In this document: in pieces, positions 61,881 to 64,000 of the stretch | Numbering within the stretch: position 1 is the first letter of the stretch | Layout of the letters: every line of letters begins with the position of its first letter | DNA from: the human T2T-CHM13v2.0 reference genome, Homo sapiens | Assembly (NCBI RefSeq): GCF_009914755.1 | Contig: NC_060929.1 | DNA: 64,000 bases | Reading direction: 5' to 3' (one strand) | The notes under the pieces: model-generated | Seen by the model: only the letters and a program-made list of their open reading frames with translations | The model's database searches: none | Told to the model about the DNA's origin: nothing | Program-made: the position numbers and the translations under genes

Positions 61881-64000
61881 CTAGACTGGGGCCCTTCCGC
61901 TCGGGGTCAGGCGCAGCGCCCTCGGCTTGGGCCCCGCCGCCCCTTTAGGGGTCCGGGAGGGTGGAGAGAAGGGGCGGGAGCCAGGATGAGGGTGCGGGGG
62001 GCCTAGAACCCGAGGCTGGTAGGAGAGCAAACTCTCAAACGCGCTGAAACCGGCCCATCTGGGAGAAATATTAGGGCGCATGTCTCTCCCGGAGGGCTTC
62101 CTTTTTTTTTTTTTCCTAACCACGAAAATAGGGAATCTTTGTTACAGGCTAGTTGTGAGCGAATCCTCCTTTGTCCGCGTCCGGAGGAAAATCAGGTTTA
62201 TTCTTCAGAGAGGGCAGCTTGGACTTTAGGAAGTGCCTGCCGGGTCCAAGTTTACCTTCCGGACTGCGACGAGGTGAGGTTTCGCCACCGTCCTAGCCTC
62301 TGTCCTCTCCCCAACCTGCAGCAAGTCAGCTCTGACTCCGGCGGGGCCGGAGTGCAGGGCAGAGGGGAAAGAAGGTGCCGCCAAGGCTGGTCCTTCAGCC
62401 ACAGCAAAGGCCCTGTGGCCAGCCTAGGCGACCCCTTCCTGTGGCTAACCCTCCGCGATCTGCAGGCAGAAGTGTTTCTAGGTGCCCCACCAGCCGCTAG
62501 GCCCTGGGCCCCTTCAGACGTCCAAGCGCTGTTATGCAAATCTCCTCATTTTTCATTTTCTGTATTCAAAGTCGGCTGTATCCAGTTTTTTAAAAATAAA
62601 AATAAACCAAATAACAATAACAAAGCACTCTCAGTCTCCTCCTGCCTTCCATGCACAAACCCATCAATGACCTCTATAAACATGGGAGTCAGCCTCTCGG
62701 TGTTTCCAGCCTCACAATTACCCACGGGGATCCCCTCTCTTGAGAAGCTGTAGGGAAAGATACCTCTTGGCTTCAACACAGACTTGCTCCCTTCCGACTT
62801 GCCCGGGATCACTCTGGATTACTCCAACTGCTGACGGAGGACCACCCACCAAAACACAGCCTGGCCTTGGGAAAGCGTGGGTTCTCATTTATCAGGGTTT
62901 ATTTATCCAAAATAAAAATTACTGTAGAAAAGTAAAGGAGGGAAAAACATCTTCCTCCCTTAGGAGGCTTTTTTGAATGAATCTTCTTCTCATTCTTTAA
63001 GGCCTTGGTTTAGGCCTTCCTATTCCCTGTGGTCCTTTGACATTATCTCAGCCTTAGTTAAAAAAAAAAAAAATAGTGAATTTGATTATTATCAGTAACC
63101 AAAGGTTGCTGGTGGAGGAAGGGAGACTAGCTGTGTTTTCTTGCATGATGGTTCATTTGCACCGTGTGCTATGCTGGAACCAGAAGAACATGAACTGGAC
63201 ATCACCCTCCCATTCCTGGCCCAATGCTTGAATGCCCTTGTCTCCTGGCCTCTTTGGTTACTCTGGTGACCTAGTTACTCAGTCCTGGGTAGCCCTGGAG
63301 ATGACTCTCCTGGAGGGGGAGGGCTGCCTCTCCCACTCCTCCAGGCCAGGGGCCCTCAAGCAGGGCTACTCTGAATGAACACTTTTGTTAGAAGGAGCCC
63401 TGGGAGATTCGTTTCTTTTCTTCTAACAAGATGTGTGGGTGGGAGATGAGGAAGTCCGGGCATTTATAATTCAGAGTGGTGAGACAGCCAAGGGGGGTGT
63501 AGGTGAGGACCCCAGTGCATCGCCCTCTCCCTAGATGTGACAGTCATCGCCTAGGGACCCAGGCTCTTTTCCTAACAGAAGCTGTACTGCCCGTTCATTA
63601 GAAGTGGGAGAGGGGAGGTGGGACCAGGTGGCACTGGGAAAACTCTCAGCCACTCCCGAATCCTGCCTTGCATCCTGCCTGCCAAACCATTCCTGGATCC
63701 TGACTCTGGGAGATGCTACTTAGGGCAAGAAAGCTGGCTTTGCTTGTGCCTGTGACAAATTATGGGATCCCCTAAGTTCCCAGCCAAGTCCAGCAGTGTA
63801 CTTGCTTCCACTTGCTGAACACTTTCTGATTTTGGGGGAACTTTTAACTCCAGTGTAACACAGGACTGCACAAAATAACAGCTGCCTCACTAGCATGCGG
63901 TTCAGGAAGCAGAACATTACCAGTAGCTACTAAGCCCTCTTGAGTTCTGTTTCCCCGCAGGGCAGTAACTATTCTGACTTCTAACAACAGAATAGTTTTG

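Overview
This is human (primate) genomic DNA containing the complete NKX2-5 cardiac homeobox gene on the minus strand. It has two coding exons (51155-50822 and 49281-48641), a 1540-bp GT-AG intron and a 324-aa product. The gene lies in a CpG-rich domain (~44-55.5 kb) where I saw no Alu or L1. GATA/Smad/homeodomain motif clusters sit about 3 kb and 10 kb upstream, at distances matching the known mouse Nkx2-5 cardiac enhancers. The first ~43 kb (3' flank) is intergenic and repeat-dense: about 35 Alus, L1 fragments, MLT1 LTRs, hAT-type DNA transposons, a solo LTR12 (ERV9) LTR, an RPL7A processed pseudogene, a tailless 5S rRNA retro-fragment and a Y3 RNA fragment fused to an Alu. Almost all other ORFs in the track are repeat-derived or chance. 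I cannot support a wholly new biological system here. The best leads are a strong-context uORF ending 16 nt before the NKX2-5 start, two intronic acceptors giving homeodomain-less isoforms, several motif-dense unique islands downstream of the gene, and three unusual insertion events (tailless 5S, Y3-Alu chimera, L1 segment captured inside an Alu monomer). Repeat subfamily names and most repeat boundaries are by eye and approximate.
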